Positions 1 to 27,310 of a stretch of 64,000 nt of DNA are shown one piece after another. Position 1 is the stretch's first letter, and each line of letters starts with the position of its first letter. Below the pieces are notes generated by a model that saw nothing but the letters and a program-made list of their open reading frames with translations, ran no database searches and was not told the DNA's origin. Origin of the DNA: Tubiluchus corallicola (lineage: Eukaryota > Animalia > Priapulida); NCBI GenBank assembly GCA_030141605.1, contig JAQGDQ010000006.1, positions 1,731,580 to 1,795,579 of the forward strand. Reading direction: 5' to 3'. A program made the translations under genes and the position numbers.

Positions 1-604
1 TGCGTGCATGCAATATTGTGACAAATTTCCCCATAGGCCAGATACACACAAGAAAATTTTGTAATACGTTTTTATAGGTTCTCTGGAATGAGCCTATATT
101 GTAAGTGTAATGTTGCAGACATATTGCACTATTCTGTAAAAATATTTGCTCGTTATTTGTGCGCGATGCATAAACACTTATCATTTATTTAATCAAAATT
201 GATGATTAAAGCTATAACTGCTGATCTTTTATTACTTGCTGTTTGTGGCATTACAATGGATAAACGTAGTTGTGAGGTGTTTTTACAAAAAAACCTTTGC
301 AACCTTTCCTTAGAAAAATAAACCTCACTTAGCACACCCTCCTCTTAATTTTACATCTTTTTGAATGGCGTACCTAGCAACCGCCTGCTGATTTCTCTGC
401 TCTGATTACCTGGGTGGAAGTGCATTAACTCACCTGTAACTTACACCTGTATTGCCCTGGATATTGATGTTGGGGAATTCCGCGGCAACACATTCTCTTT
501 AGCCGTGTAAATCTTATGTGATCAAAAAACCATTCCGTGTATTTGTAGTAGGGTTGTAAACTTGCTGTAAACTACAATCCAGTCTATCCACTCCTAATAA
601 ATAG

Positions 605-1130
<526 letters not shown>

Positions 1131-3048
1131 CATATCTGTCGCTCTTTCTGTCTCCTGTTTAATTTTCTATCTCATTTCAAATCTACGTATTTCAGATTAT
1201 CAGAAGTTATTTTGCGTTTCGCTTTTCAATGCGGTATGCACGTCGAATTATTTTCTTGCTGTCTTTCAAGCTTTTAATTTTCCTATTTTTAAAGGCTATT
1301 TTGCTTGAAAAAATGCACAGGATCTAAGCTTTAGTTGTTAAGCTTTGGTAAGACAAATTGTCGTACTTCTGTAAATTAGTTGAAGTACATTAGGCCTAGT
1401 GTGCTTTGGGAATTCGAGTATGCAGAATGTTGTAAGACCTGTGTAGAAGGATGAATGATTCATAATTGCATATGGGAAATTGGGACCACAAAGCATTAAG
1501 AACTGTTGTCGTAGAAGCTGACGAACCGTTGCCCTTGAAGGGCCTTTCTGTTTCTGAATTCCCCATGCAGTGAAGTTCCAAGGTCCTGTGGCTTCCAACA
1601 CTACTACACAGCATTCGTTTGCTGAACAGATTAAACCATGTTATGTTAGGTAGTTTGCTTCAATAAGCTGCTTTAGTGTCCAACTGGATTGGCTCAACTA
1701 ACTGAGCTAAGCCATGTACAAGTATGTACATTTGCTGGAAACTTAATACTTTTGAAATAGAGGTTTCTACATGTTTACCTTGGCGTAGTCTGTCATTGAC
1801 TTTACTTATTAGGCATAAATGGCATCCGCTGCAGTAGCATGCCTCTGAAATAACTTCATTAAATAATCGCTGTTATGGTTTATATTTCTCATCATGTAGT
1901 TTCCAACCTAGAGCGCATGATTGTTTTAAGTTAGGTTTTTACAGGTAGCCTTAATTAAATTCAGAGCAAGAGATAGTAAGATTGTAGCGTTAACTTCTTT
2001 AATCTTGCAAAAGTGCACGAGCACACCATTGGTTAGCAATTAAAATAAGTACTGCAGATAGTTCAGTAAGACTTAATCTTTAACTAAATTTTATACTCTC
2101 ACCGCCAGTTCCTGAAATAGTAGATGATTGTTGTAAACTGAAAACCCTTGTTTCAGTTGCTTTGTTTAAACGAATGCTTGTCTAATTTCTCGAAAAATAG
2201 GGAGTCTGGGCCCTCCATCTTATTTTGCACTGTGAAATCTAACTACTGTGTATACACGTATTAACTCTCCAGGTATAAAATATTTGCACTTGTGTATTTT
2301 GGAGTTACATGTAAGGCGCGATGTTCTCAACAACGACCGAACTATTTACGCGTCAAACGAACGGTGATTTTTCCCTTTTTTCCGCAAAAGTCATAGAACG
2401 GAAATGTAAAGAACCGGACTGTTAGAGTTCTAGACATTACTGTAAAGAAAATTCAACGTAGGTGTTAACAGACAGAATTTTGTTTCCTGGGTGGCTACAC
2501 TTTCTCGCAGTGGGTATTTTCCCGGATAGAATCCAAGCAAATTTTGTAAAAATGTTGCAAACAATTTCCTGAAAAAATCGATTTGTGCAACTACGAGGTC
2601 GCCCCGAAAAAATAAACACATTATTAGAAAGAGAAAGACCGATTGCAGTGTTTGAGTGTTTCGTGTAAGATAATGTTCACTGAACGAAAGGGAAGGGTGT
2701 ACATATTTTGAAATTCTTTTAACATGTGAGTATATTTTGTTGGGCGGCTTTCGCGAAGTCATAGAATTTAACAAAGTTGAGAATGAGAGACACCTGGTTT
2801 AGCGTTTTTATGAAACTCGTGTTTATTGCACGGCGCCAACTAAAGTCGCAATTGGACTAGAAAGAAATTTGTAGCAATGCATTGACGATTGATCTTTCTC
2901 TTCCTTTTATATTAGTGAAAAAAAAGTCAAATGTGTGTCAGGCTGTCGTTAGACGTTGTCCAAGCGTTGTCAGCCTAGGTGTTAAACTTTTTTGTTTGAT
3001 TAACACGTGAGATTGAGGGGGTCTTGAAAGTAATAATCTTAATTATTA

Positions 3049-3175
3049 CCGGGTGGCGTAGTTCAGTGGTATCGTGCTCACTTCTCACTCGCGAGGTCGC
3101 GGGTTCAACTTCCGATCGAGTCATACCAAAGACTTAGAATATGGTATCGCTGGTTCTTCAGCCAAGCACACGGGT
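3049..3175 (+). mobile_element. tRNA-derived SINE head with a Meta-SINE-like body
   Basis: Pol III A-box-like TGGCGTAGTTCAGTGG and B-box-like GGTTCAACTTCC, followed by GAGTCATACCAAAGACTTAGAATATGGTA, which resembles the conserved core of metazoan tRNA-SINEs (family assignment from recall). No proper tRNA 3' acceptor stem. Confidence 0.65.
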
Positions 3176-5743
3176 TTATCGAAATTACGTGCGGTTATTA
3201 TTGATTGGGACCACCTTGGAAATAAGTATTATTTAAGTGTTACCTAAGGTGTTTTCTCTGGATTATATCATATAAAGTTATCCTACAAGTGTAATCCATG
3301 TCTGTGCAGCATTTGTGTACACTCCATCTCGTCCAAACTTGGCTGACTATTAGCTTTGCCAAACTTACCCAGGGAAAACAGAAAGACCACAAAACAGAAA
3401 AGGCAAACTACTTTCTGCTAGAGTAGACCATTGTTTACTCTGGAAGGAGAATTTTTTGGCTTCACATTCAGTTTGCTTTGCCTACTTTTCCCTCACTTCA
3501 TTGTTTCTTCAGTTTTTTATTCATGCGTACTTTGTGAGTCTAGTAATAAGCAAAATTGTTGCCCTCACGCAGATCTAGGTCAGTCAACGTTAGCGATATT
3601 GGCATCCTTGATGGATATCGCTGCCCGGGAATAATGCTGATCGATATGTCGACCAATCGCAGGCGCTGATGGCCAGGAAAAATGGAGCAGCTAATCCTTT
3701 CGGATTAATTGCGGATTATGAGTAGATATTTTAGCGGCTGTTTGTGATTAGATCCCATTGGGCTGTTAATGTCTGTTGGATTAATTAGCGACACGTGCTT
3801 TTCTCAGTAATGAAAATGTGATCATTATTCGATTGCCTATATTTAGCACAATACACACAGTAAGCTCATTATTATTTCAAAGCCCAGCCTTGTCTAATTC
3901 ACAGTGACGTCATAGCTGCTAATGTAAGTAATACATAGAACCCTCAGCACTGAGATGCTGATTTGCCAGTCTCCATAGCATGCGAGACAAAGCTGATAAC
4001 AGTAACCAAAAAAACGAGGTCTGATCTGTACCTGTGCTGGGTTGTTAAAACTTAATGCCGTGGCTTCTTGTTTGGTTCGTAGCACAAGTTTTTTACAAGA
4101 TAGTACGAGATAGTTATCTGCGTTATCTTACAGGCTTTGTTTATAGCAAAATGTTTGAACTGTGAATTTACCAAAATGTAATTTTTAAACTGTGTCTGAA
4201 TTCCTGGCCAAACAAAAGTTGCAGTTTGGAATAAATCTAAGTTGTTATTTGAATTGAAAATGGTTTCCTAAAACTTTGAAGAAAATCCACGTTCGAGGAC
4301 GTCAACGTTAAAATAATATTGAAATAAAGGCGTTAAGGAAAATTAAACAAGTTCCAAGTCTCTGGTTTTGTTTTGTTGATGTATTTAGTTTTCACAAATT
4401 AAGATGCTGACCAATTTTTATTGGTATTTCAACAAATTGCTGCGGCGTTAAGTGCAGTGCTGCCAGCATTGTTGTCAATTTATTTATTATGTGCACAAAA
4501 TAAACAAAAATTTAGTTAATTTTGGTACAGTCTTGCCACTCCATTCTGTTTTAATTGTGCAAAAAACGTGTTTGGGATAATACAACGTCTTCAGAAAAAT
4601 TATAATGTAATTAGCCTTTGACAAGTGCTAGTGTTTTTGCCAAATAAAGCAAGATTACTTTTTTATATACATGTACATTTACTATAAATGTAAAGTGTAA
4701 AGGCAGTATTGAAATACACACAGATATAAGACAGCTGCAACACATAAAGAATTTGCAGTTAAGTTTCAAAAACTCGTTTATATAAAAATTTAAAAATCAT
4801 TTGAATTAACCTATATGTAGTTATGTTATGTAGGCACGTTAACTACAGTGTTTTCAATATTCCTGTTGATCTTATGGGCTTTTTCAACTATTTATAGTGT
4901 ATTCTATTGACACCTGTGGCCTATCCATTAATATCTAATGCTGACTCAGGCAATTCCCCTAGTGGCTTGGAAATCAATACAGTTAAGCTAATACCTTGTT
5001 GGATAATTAAGTTAATCATAGTTATGCAATTGGCATATAATGCGTTGCTGCTAGATCTTGGAATAATAGCGGAGAGAAGGCAGATACCCTGGTGCTAAAG
5101 AAAGCATACATTAAAAATGTTTCCAAAGTATTTATTATGTAATCATTGCCACCATCATTTTCATTTTGTTATTATCATTATTGTAAACATTGAACTGTAT
5201 CACTATTATTGTTATTATTTTTATAAGCTAGGCATATAACTAAATAATCGCTATGATGTGTATCCACCAAGAAACCAGTCCTGATACCAGCCCCTGTTCT
5301 GATTAGACATCTCACCTTGGAGTATCTTTGCTATTAAGCTGGAGGATTATTTTTTGTATTAAACTAAATTTTAGTCCTGCCGCAATTGTCAGGTGTTGAA
5401 TTTTAAACCTCAGCTTGCAGAGGGCTAAACTATTTAAAATTGTTGTTTCTTGAACGTTTGACTGATTTCAAAAGGATTATTTTCTCTGCCAATGATTGTC
5501 TTCAAAAAGTGTGTAGGCTTTCTAATGTATATAATTTTTATTTTACTGTAAAAATACAGAAAATACATATCAGTTCTGGTCAAGTATGTGTATATGTATA
5601 TGTTAGTCCAGTAAATACAAAAGTGGCCACCTTTGGATGTCCATGACTTGCAGTTCCATAAATGTACCCTGCCATTTGGATACTATGTATTCAGAGCAGA
5701 TGCTTTAGTTAGCTATTTACACATTTTCATTTCTGTATTGCAG

Positions 5744-19569
<13,826 letters not shown>

Positions 19570-19725
19570 TATCAGGTACATTGTTTTTTGTTTTGTTTTT
19601 GTCGTAATTTTTTTCTCCAGGGTGGCAAAGAAGTTACTTAAGTTGAATTGAGTTCTTTGAATTTAAGAAATGAGTGTTTAGTCCAATACGTACAATGACA
19701 CATAAATCTTATAAAGTACTATACT

Positions 19726-19789
19726 TTCTCCTCTTTCCCTCCCTCCCTCTCTCCCTTTTCTCCCTCTCTCTTCCTCTCTCCCTCTCTTC

Positions 19790-19820
<31 letters not shown>

Positions 19821-19831
19821 ACTCACTCTCT
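19726..19831. repeat. CT-rich simple repeat in the presumed calcineurin 3' UTR
   Basis: Directly visible. Confidence 0.9.
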
Positions 19832-22800
19832 GTGATTTACTGTTTCTGATCTGCTAGTTTATAAATTCAAAATGCATTTTACAATTAATATCTGTTTTAT
19901 TTTTATTTGTTGCAGAAACTTTCATTTCTGAGTTCCGTTTCACGTCATTCTGGTCACACTTAACAACACATGCACATTCACAATATTAATGAAATAAACA
20001 AAACAGATGTGGCATTCACTCGTGAAACATTACCAAGTATGGTCGAGCAGTGATGAAGCTACATCTGCCATCACGTACTGTGTTACTATGATCTGTTTTT
20101 TGTCTCAGAAAAGCTATTGTTTTGCTACGTTATTACGTTATTAGTCAGTTGTTGTTTTTGAGTTTTCACTATTTGTACAGTGTTCACAACACTATAGTTT
20201 TAACTTGTTGAATTTATTCATGTCCGTCATGCTGAATGCACAAGGCTTTTGATTCACATCATCAAACTAAAGCATTTTATGTATAACTTGTTAACATCTA
20301 GTAATTTTTAGTTTATTTATTTATATTTGCGTGCAGCTACCTCATTATTTCGCACTTGTTTTGTAACACAGTTTGTGAGTGGCTGGTATTGGGTGGCCCA
20401 CTGGCCAATGGCCAGTCAGAAGTGCCTTTTCAGAATGTAGGCTGAATCAGCATTTCTGATTAATAGTTGTTAATAGCAACTGTCTTTAGTCAGTTAATTT
20501 TGACAGACATTACAAGAGTAGGTCACTTGTAAAATATTAGACAATTGAGCTGTGACATTGAATGTGATTGGTTGATTTTGTGATCTGGAAACTGTATGAT
20601 CAGCCACTGAACTTCATTTGCTATTTCATCATTAGTTATTATTATAAGTATTCTTATTGTAATTTTTCACCTATTCGCATGTGTCACCTTCCCCGTTCCC
20701 TTCAAAATGAGCTACTTCATTTCTTTCGACTGGCCAAGATGGAGCGTCTCATTTTGTCGAAGGGGTGTGACTGTTTTTTTATCATCACTTGGGTATTTAA
20801 CTTACTTATTAACTTATTCATGGAAAACTAAAACAGTATACAAGGAATATTTCCATGATATTGTTAATATTTCTTGCAAATGCATGCATGTTAATAAAGC
20901 CTTTCAGTTTATTAAAGGATTCTTTGTGATACTGGTGTAAAATGTCAGTTGTCACGGACTTGAGTGAACAATATATATATGTCTGCGAAGGTGGGTAGCA
21001 AGTTATTTCGTAAGTTGCTTGAATATGGTGTTAAAGAACATTTCTATGAAAGTACGAATTACCATTACCATTGTAAATTTTCTAATTATATTTATGAATA
21101 TAATATATAATGTATAATTAATATATTAAAACTTCCACAATGCAAGGCGAAACTGTGCACAATATGCGTGCCAGGCTTTCTCGTTGCTACTAGCAATGTA
21201 TGTGTGCCTCGTGTGGAAATCTTTTTATCATTTTTGGAATAATATATTATTGGTATTGAGAGGCCAGAGATCTATAAACTGAACTTGTTTAATATATAAA
21301 TATAAATGGATTGTTCTCTTGTTTGCATTTCTATTTATTTCTCAAATTTTTGATGAACTTGTTTTCGATTCTGATTTTCGTTATAAATTTTATAAATATT
21401 CTGGTCGTGTATGATGTCTTCTGTAAGAGAAGGTCTTGCAGGCTTGTTGCAGGAATTTAGCGAGTACACTCGAACGTTGCACTCACACACTACACTCACA
21501 GTGCCGTTACCGTTTAGGTTTCTGTCTTCCATTGTGAGTATAGTGAAGTAACTAAGGCAACAGAATTTGTTTATTACATAATTTTTAACCTATGCATTTT
21601 TTGGTGTGACGTGTATATGTGAATTAAATGTTCAGCATTTGAATTTTATACATGTTTTCCATCTGCTTTCAAGCTATTGTGTCATTGATATTGCAGCTTG
21701 TTATTTGGAATTTGATATTTAAATACTAGTATTTAGTAGTAGTGTCATACATAGTGTTTTTCTTGCTAACTTCTTAAGTGCACAATATATTGCCAGACTT
21801 CATCTTTAAATCGCAGATGAAAGCAGTAATTTCATGCCTGTGTATATACTTTGAATATTTTGATAAAAAGAAACAATTGGTGTACTAGCTTATTTTTAGC
21901 CAAACTTGTTCCGTTTATTCACACATTGTAAAATTTGTTGATTTATCATTACTTGCCTTTAATCTGCATTTCGTTGTGGTTACCTGTTTACTTTTATACT
22001 AAAGTTCGTTGTTACATATAAAGTTCCCACATGTAAGTGGGAATTGTACAGTTTATTAATTTACACATCAATTAGTGAAGCTGTCAAACTTGCCCAGTCA
22101 AAATTAATCTTTACTATCAAATTTTGTATATAGTTGGTTCATGTCTGAGTTTGGTTAGTATCCCATTTGTGTGATTTTTTTTCGTTTTACGTAAACTTTA
22201 CATTTCAAAAGACGTCATGTGTTCTGGCTATCCGCAGTGTAATAAATACAAGATTTTTTGCTTATTTTTTGCAATTTGAATGTTGATAGAACTAAAGTAC
22301 TCTTCAAAATTCGTAGATGCTATTCTTGTGTGAATTTTACCGCAGTTATTATAAGTGCTTCATAGTGTTTATCTTTCCATTTTGACACTTTCTTATACTG
22401 TTCTTTTAATTAAATAAGTAATGTGGTTAATTAATCGCAAAAATCTCTCATTATCAAAAGCCTGATAACCTCAGCTGCCTAGATTTGAGATAGTTTATTC
22501 CAGATAGTTTAATCCTATATTCCAAAACAATATAAGATTAGTTTTTATTTGGCAAATCTGGAGTAAAGAGTAGTAGCTAAAGTTACTTAAGTAATATCTG
22601 TTCCATGTTTAGTTTTATGAAGCTCTTCCAGATTACTTTGCAATCATTTTTGCATGTCAGCTTGACTAGGTGCCTGTACAACTATGATTTGCTGAATATC
22701 AATGGGTGTTGAGCCATATGCTGAATTAGTCTGTGAAATTGTAGAGTTAATATAAAAAAGCTGAAGTACACATGGTTGTCTTTTTAAAATGTTAAGATTT

Positions 22801-24222
22801 TTCTCCTACTTAACTTAAAATCTCTTCTTTGTCTAAATCTAAAACACACAACTTTAAAATGATGTCAGTAAATTGTAATTTTATGTGTTTGCTGTGTTGA
22901 TACTGATAATAACAATTACACTGTATAAAACGTTTAGTGCATGCTGTTGTTTTATTCTTGTTTATTTAAACTTTAACTATATTTCTGTGTTACAATAAAT
23001 GAACTCAAAACAGAAAATGCAATGCCTTATATGTTTAAAATTCCTGGCAAGAGCAAGGGGGTATTTTACAGTACAATTCTAATGTTGTATATGATAGATA
23101 TCATGAAGCAACATATTTTTATCATAATAGCTTATTGCCACACACACTAACATTTCTGGAAGTCAGTGATCAAAAGTTATATTACTGCATACCTAATTGC
23201 TCAGTTTAACAATATTAAATTATAAATCTACTCGTATTTTGCTTAATAAAAACTTTAATTTGCAAACAATATGCAGCCAATAATATGCTAGAATCTGTTT
23301 TGTTTCTCGTGTCAAGTCAAACTCATGTACACAACCTTTTAAGATCACTCTCCACAGTAAGAACAGTGACACATGGGGACCTCGTGTTAAAATTAATGCT
23401 TTAGTATTTACAGTGAATTGCAGCTTTGTATTATGTATAACAAATAGATATCAGTTGTCAGAGTTTCACAATGTAGTGAAATGAAAAAGTGAACTCATAC
23501 AGTATCATGCTGAGTGCATTTGATGCTGCTCATTGTCTAATAATCAAAATACGAGAAAAAATTCACTAATAATTCTTGTTGCTGGTGTTGATCAAATGCA
23601 CTAATCTTGTAATCTGATGTGACTTATCAAATGCACTTTCATTGTTTCTTTCATACACGTTCCTTAATCATTGCCTTCTTTTTGGTTGTTAAATGTACGG
23701 TGTCATTTTGAGTAATTTATCTTACTTAGCTGTCCACATTGTTTTTCATTTGACAGGTAGTTTTGATTTTTGTTAAGCGGCCATGCAATTTGTTTTTTTT
23801 ACAGAAAAAGTGGCAATTTGTTAACATTCTACTTTATTTACTCTCATTTTATGTGTCTGTTTATGTGCGTAATGTATAGGTATTGTAAATTTTTTTCGTA
23901 TTATGCTACTCTAATTTTTTTTCATTAAATTTCTATTTATGTGCAAGTTGCTGCAAATCTTTTAGGTGCTAATCGATGAAATAAAAGAAATGTTCACCTT
24001 CCATGCAAATAATTATATGTAAGTCTTAGTAAAATTAATAGTTGATCACTACAGCAATTTACCGTTAAAAATAATTAACAATGTTAATACTCAATTAAAA
24101 ATTATTCGCAAATGAGCATAACCATTAACCAAGCCTAGCCCTAAGTGTCCAACGTGAGACTCGTCGTAAATATTCCGTCAATGTGTTACCAAGTGATTGG
24201 CTTTCCTGTTGAAGATATCCCG

Positions 24223-26347
24223 TAATGCTTATTGGGGAATCGCGACGTGACGTGCAGAAATTGCTGAAATTCTAAACAATATTTTAAAAACAGGCACATT
24301 TCCGCAGGATATTCATAAAGGAATACTTATCCCTTTACCCAAGCCAGGTAAGAAACGAGGTCCTATATAAAATCTTAGACCATTGATGTTGCTTACACTA
24401 CTATACTAAGGAAGATCTGTACCGTTACCGTCGAAGGATAGAGGTTAAGCATACATAGCTTATAAACCTCTCCACTCTTCCTTGTTTACTTTGTCAATAT
24501 TAAGAATACATAATGGGTGGCGACACTACGATCACGAAGCGAAGCATAGGGTTTCTTGTTGCCATTGTGGCAACCTGGGGTCTATATATTTTTCAGCATT
24601 GTTTTTCCAAAATCTATGGAGACGAGACTTAAACTGGGCAGGATTGGGTGCTTGTATTACATGGTCAGGCAGCTTGTTCCACTCATTAATTACTCGCCTT
24701 GCGAATGTGAATCTTCTTCTGTTCCACCTTTTGGGAACTGTTCTCTTCTTGATTTTGTAGGAGTGACCTCTGGTACCATGATATGTCTGTCGGTGAAAAA
24801 ATATTTCACTGTTGATGGTTTCTATGCCTTTAAGAATACGGAATGTTTGGATTAAATCTTGTCTTTTGCGTCTGTATTTCAGAGTTGTAAGGCCGAGAAT
24901 CTTAAGTCTTGCAACATACGGTAAATGAGAAATGGCAGGTACAAGTCTAGTAGCTCGACGTTGTATACTTTCAATTTTTCTTATCATGTCTTGACGATTT
25001 GGGCTCCAAATCACATCACCATAATCCAGAATAGGACGAACGATTGATTTATATAGTTTGGTCGCCACTGTATGTTGACTAGGATCTATGACAGGTTACA
25101 CACTTACATTCCAACAAGCCAAGCAGCATATCAACCAGGACGGAATACTACTGAATTAGTACAAGCCTGTAAATTACTAGCCGGAAAAGCCATCTCTTCT
25201 GCTGATTACTCAATACATATTCATGATCGATATGTCAAAGGCCTTTGATTGTGTGCGGAGAAAAACTCTGCTATGCTGCCTGGAAGAAATCCTTGAACCT
25301 GATGAAATATACATCATAAGTATAATGTTAGAAAATTTATTAATTCAAGTCAGGTGTGAAGGGAAATTGAGTCAGCCGTTTTCTACAGACAAAGGAGTAC
25401 CTCAGGGTGACTGCCTAAGCCCTGTACTTTTCACTTTATATCTTGCCATAGCTCTCACTGAGGACAAAGTTATACCATTGAAAGACCTAGAAGATCACAA
25501 CTACACAATTCTTGATCCTGAATTAATACCGAATGAAGTAAGACAAGAATGCAGTTACAGTTCTCTACAAAGTAAGTCAACTACTATATCTATGCAGTAT
25601 GCTGATGATGTGGCATGGATTACAAGAAACAAAGAAGACGTAGATGAAATAAAAAACTCAATAGAGGAGAAACTGAACAGAATGGATCTCATTGTAAACA
25701 AAAATAAAACTGAAGAGTTTCACATAACACGCCATGGTGATGAATCATGGCAAAGATGCAAGTATCTCGGTAGTCTGCTGACAACAGAAGACGACATATC
25801 AAGACGGAAGATAATGGCATTATCAGTTTACTCAAAACTTAAAAAAATTTCTTTGGAAACAAAAATTAGAATATTCTCAGCCTTAGTTGAAACTGTATTT
25901 CTATATAACTCTGAGCTCTGGACATTAAAAGCAAATCATAAAGCTGAAATCGATGCGTTTCAAAGGCGAAATTACAAAAACATGTTGGGTATTAGATGGC
26001 CAAAGAAAATTTCAAACAAAGATCTATATGAAACAATAAAAGAAGAACCTTGGACAAGAAAAATAAAAAGACGCCGTTTAAGATGGATTGGGCATATGCT
26101 TAGACTACCTGATGATACTCCAGTGAAGATAGCTCTTCAACAAGCCATAGAACCAGCTAAAAAACCTGCAGGAGGACAAATGTTAACATATTTAGATTTT
26201 GCACAAAAAGATTTAAACACTTTAGCATTGATCCTTAGAAATAAATCTACTTGGGGCATTGCGGCGAGCAGGGAGTCCTGGCATAGGGAGGTGAACAGAA
26301 TCATGTCACTGGATGTGTGATTCATTGGATCATGATGATGATGATGA
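24223..26347 (+). mobile_element. 5'-truncated non-LTR retrotransposon (RTE-like LINE), reverse-transcriptase region, disrupted
   Basis: ILIPLPKPGK..NLRPLMLL (with a stop), IDMSKAFD, GVPQGDCLSP, QYADD, KYLGS, RRLRWIGHMLR (ORF 25223..26320). (TGA)n tail at about 26332-26347. Confidence 0.92.
24422..25067 (-). mobile_element. 3' fragment of a CR1/L2-group LINE nested antisense in the RTE-like LINE
   Basis: ORF 24532..25068: LYKSIVRPILDYGDVIWSP, IESIQRRATRLVP, TRGHSYKI, RVINEWNKLP (typical CR1 C-terminus). Flanked by duplicated CTGTA (24417-24421 and 25068-25072). Confidence 0.9.
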
Positions 26348-27310
26348 CATAGAGGAATTACAAGATGCAGAATGTACGATCAGCTGCCGTTTAGAAAAAT
26401 ATAATCTTAAAGTCAGCAATAGAAAGACTGAAGAATACCATATTCGAAGAGGAGGTAATTATTCATGGAAATGATGTAAATACTTTGGTGGCTTGTTAGA
26501 CACCGAAGCTGACATACAAAGAAGGAAATTTCTTACATTGTCTGATTATACAGATGTCAACGGTTTTTGAAAACAATAGACTGTCTCTTGAAACCAAAGC
26601 CCAGATCCTTTCATCTTAGTTGAATCTGTGTTTTTGTACAGTGTTGACCTATGGGCAATAAAATTTAAGTAACAGAAGGAAATTGGCACTTTTCAAAGAC
26701 ATCTCTATAGAAATTACTCGCAATTAAATGGCCTGACTGAATATCTGCTTTACAGTCTTTTTTACAATGACATCAGGACCTAGAGTTCAACTCGTTAAGG
26801 TCCCTTCTCATATTCATTTTAAATTTATCGATAGCGTTTGATGATCAGTATAATGTGGTGAAGAAGAATCCTTGGAGTAAACAAATACAAGTAAGAAGAT
26901 TGCTTTGGTTTGGTGGCAGCAGTGCATAATGCGTGGCATCAACAAGTGAGATGGGCCGTGTTATTTTTAGAACATAGCAGCACAGAAACGACGACGAACA
27001 TATTTTAATATTCCTTGGTTCAAACGACTTTAGTCCAAAAGTCGAGCTCCGAACATCAAGATGGCTAGCATATGTTCTCTAATTACCAAGTAAAGCATAA
27101 GTAAGAATTGCCTTAAAGGAATCCTTAAAGAACCTTGCAAAAAACCATATGTCAAATGAAAAACAACGTGGACAGCTAAGTAAGATAAATAAAGATGTTC
27201 AATAACTTTAACCCATTTATCTTTAGGAGTAGAAGAACTTACCGCACTAGCTGCAGATAGGAGTAGATGGAATGCTCTAATGAATGGTAATGCCTCAATG
27301 TCTACAACAG
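26348..27310 (+). pseudogene. Older decayed RTE-like LINE fragment
   Basis: Remnants of CKYFGGLLDTEADIQRRK, LSLETK and LVESVFLY with stops and frameshifts. Homologous pieces at about 43497-43610 and 44665-45100, and again in unit 3. Confidence 0.75.

Noticed and set aside
2320-2800. GTTCTCAAC...GTTGAGAAT possible transposon termini
   Set aside because: The inverted match is too short and there is no TSD.
3049-3122. Possible tRNA gene
   Set aside because: It has A/B boxes but no proper acceptor-stem pairing, and runs into a SINE-like body.
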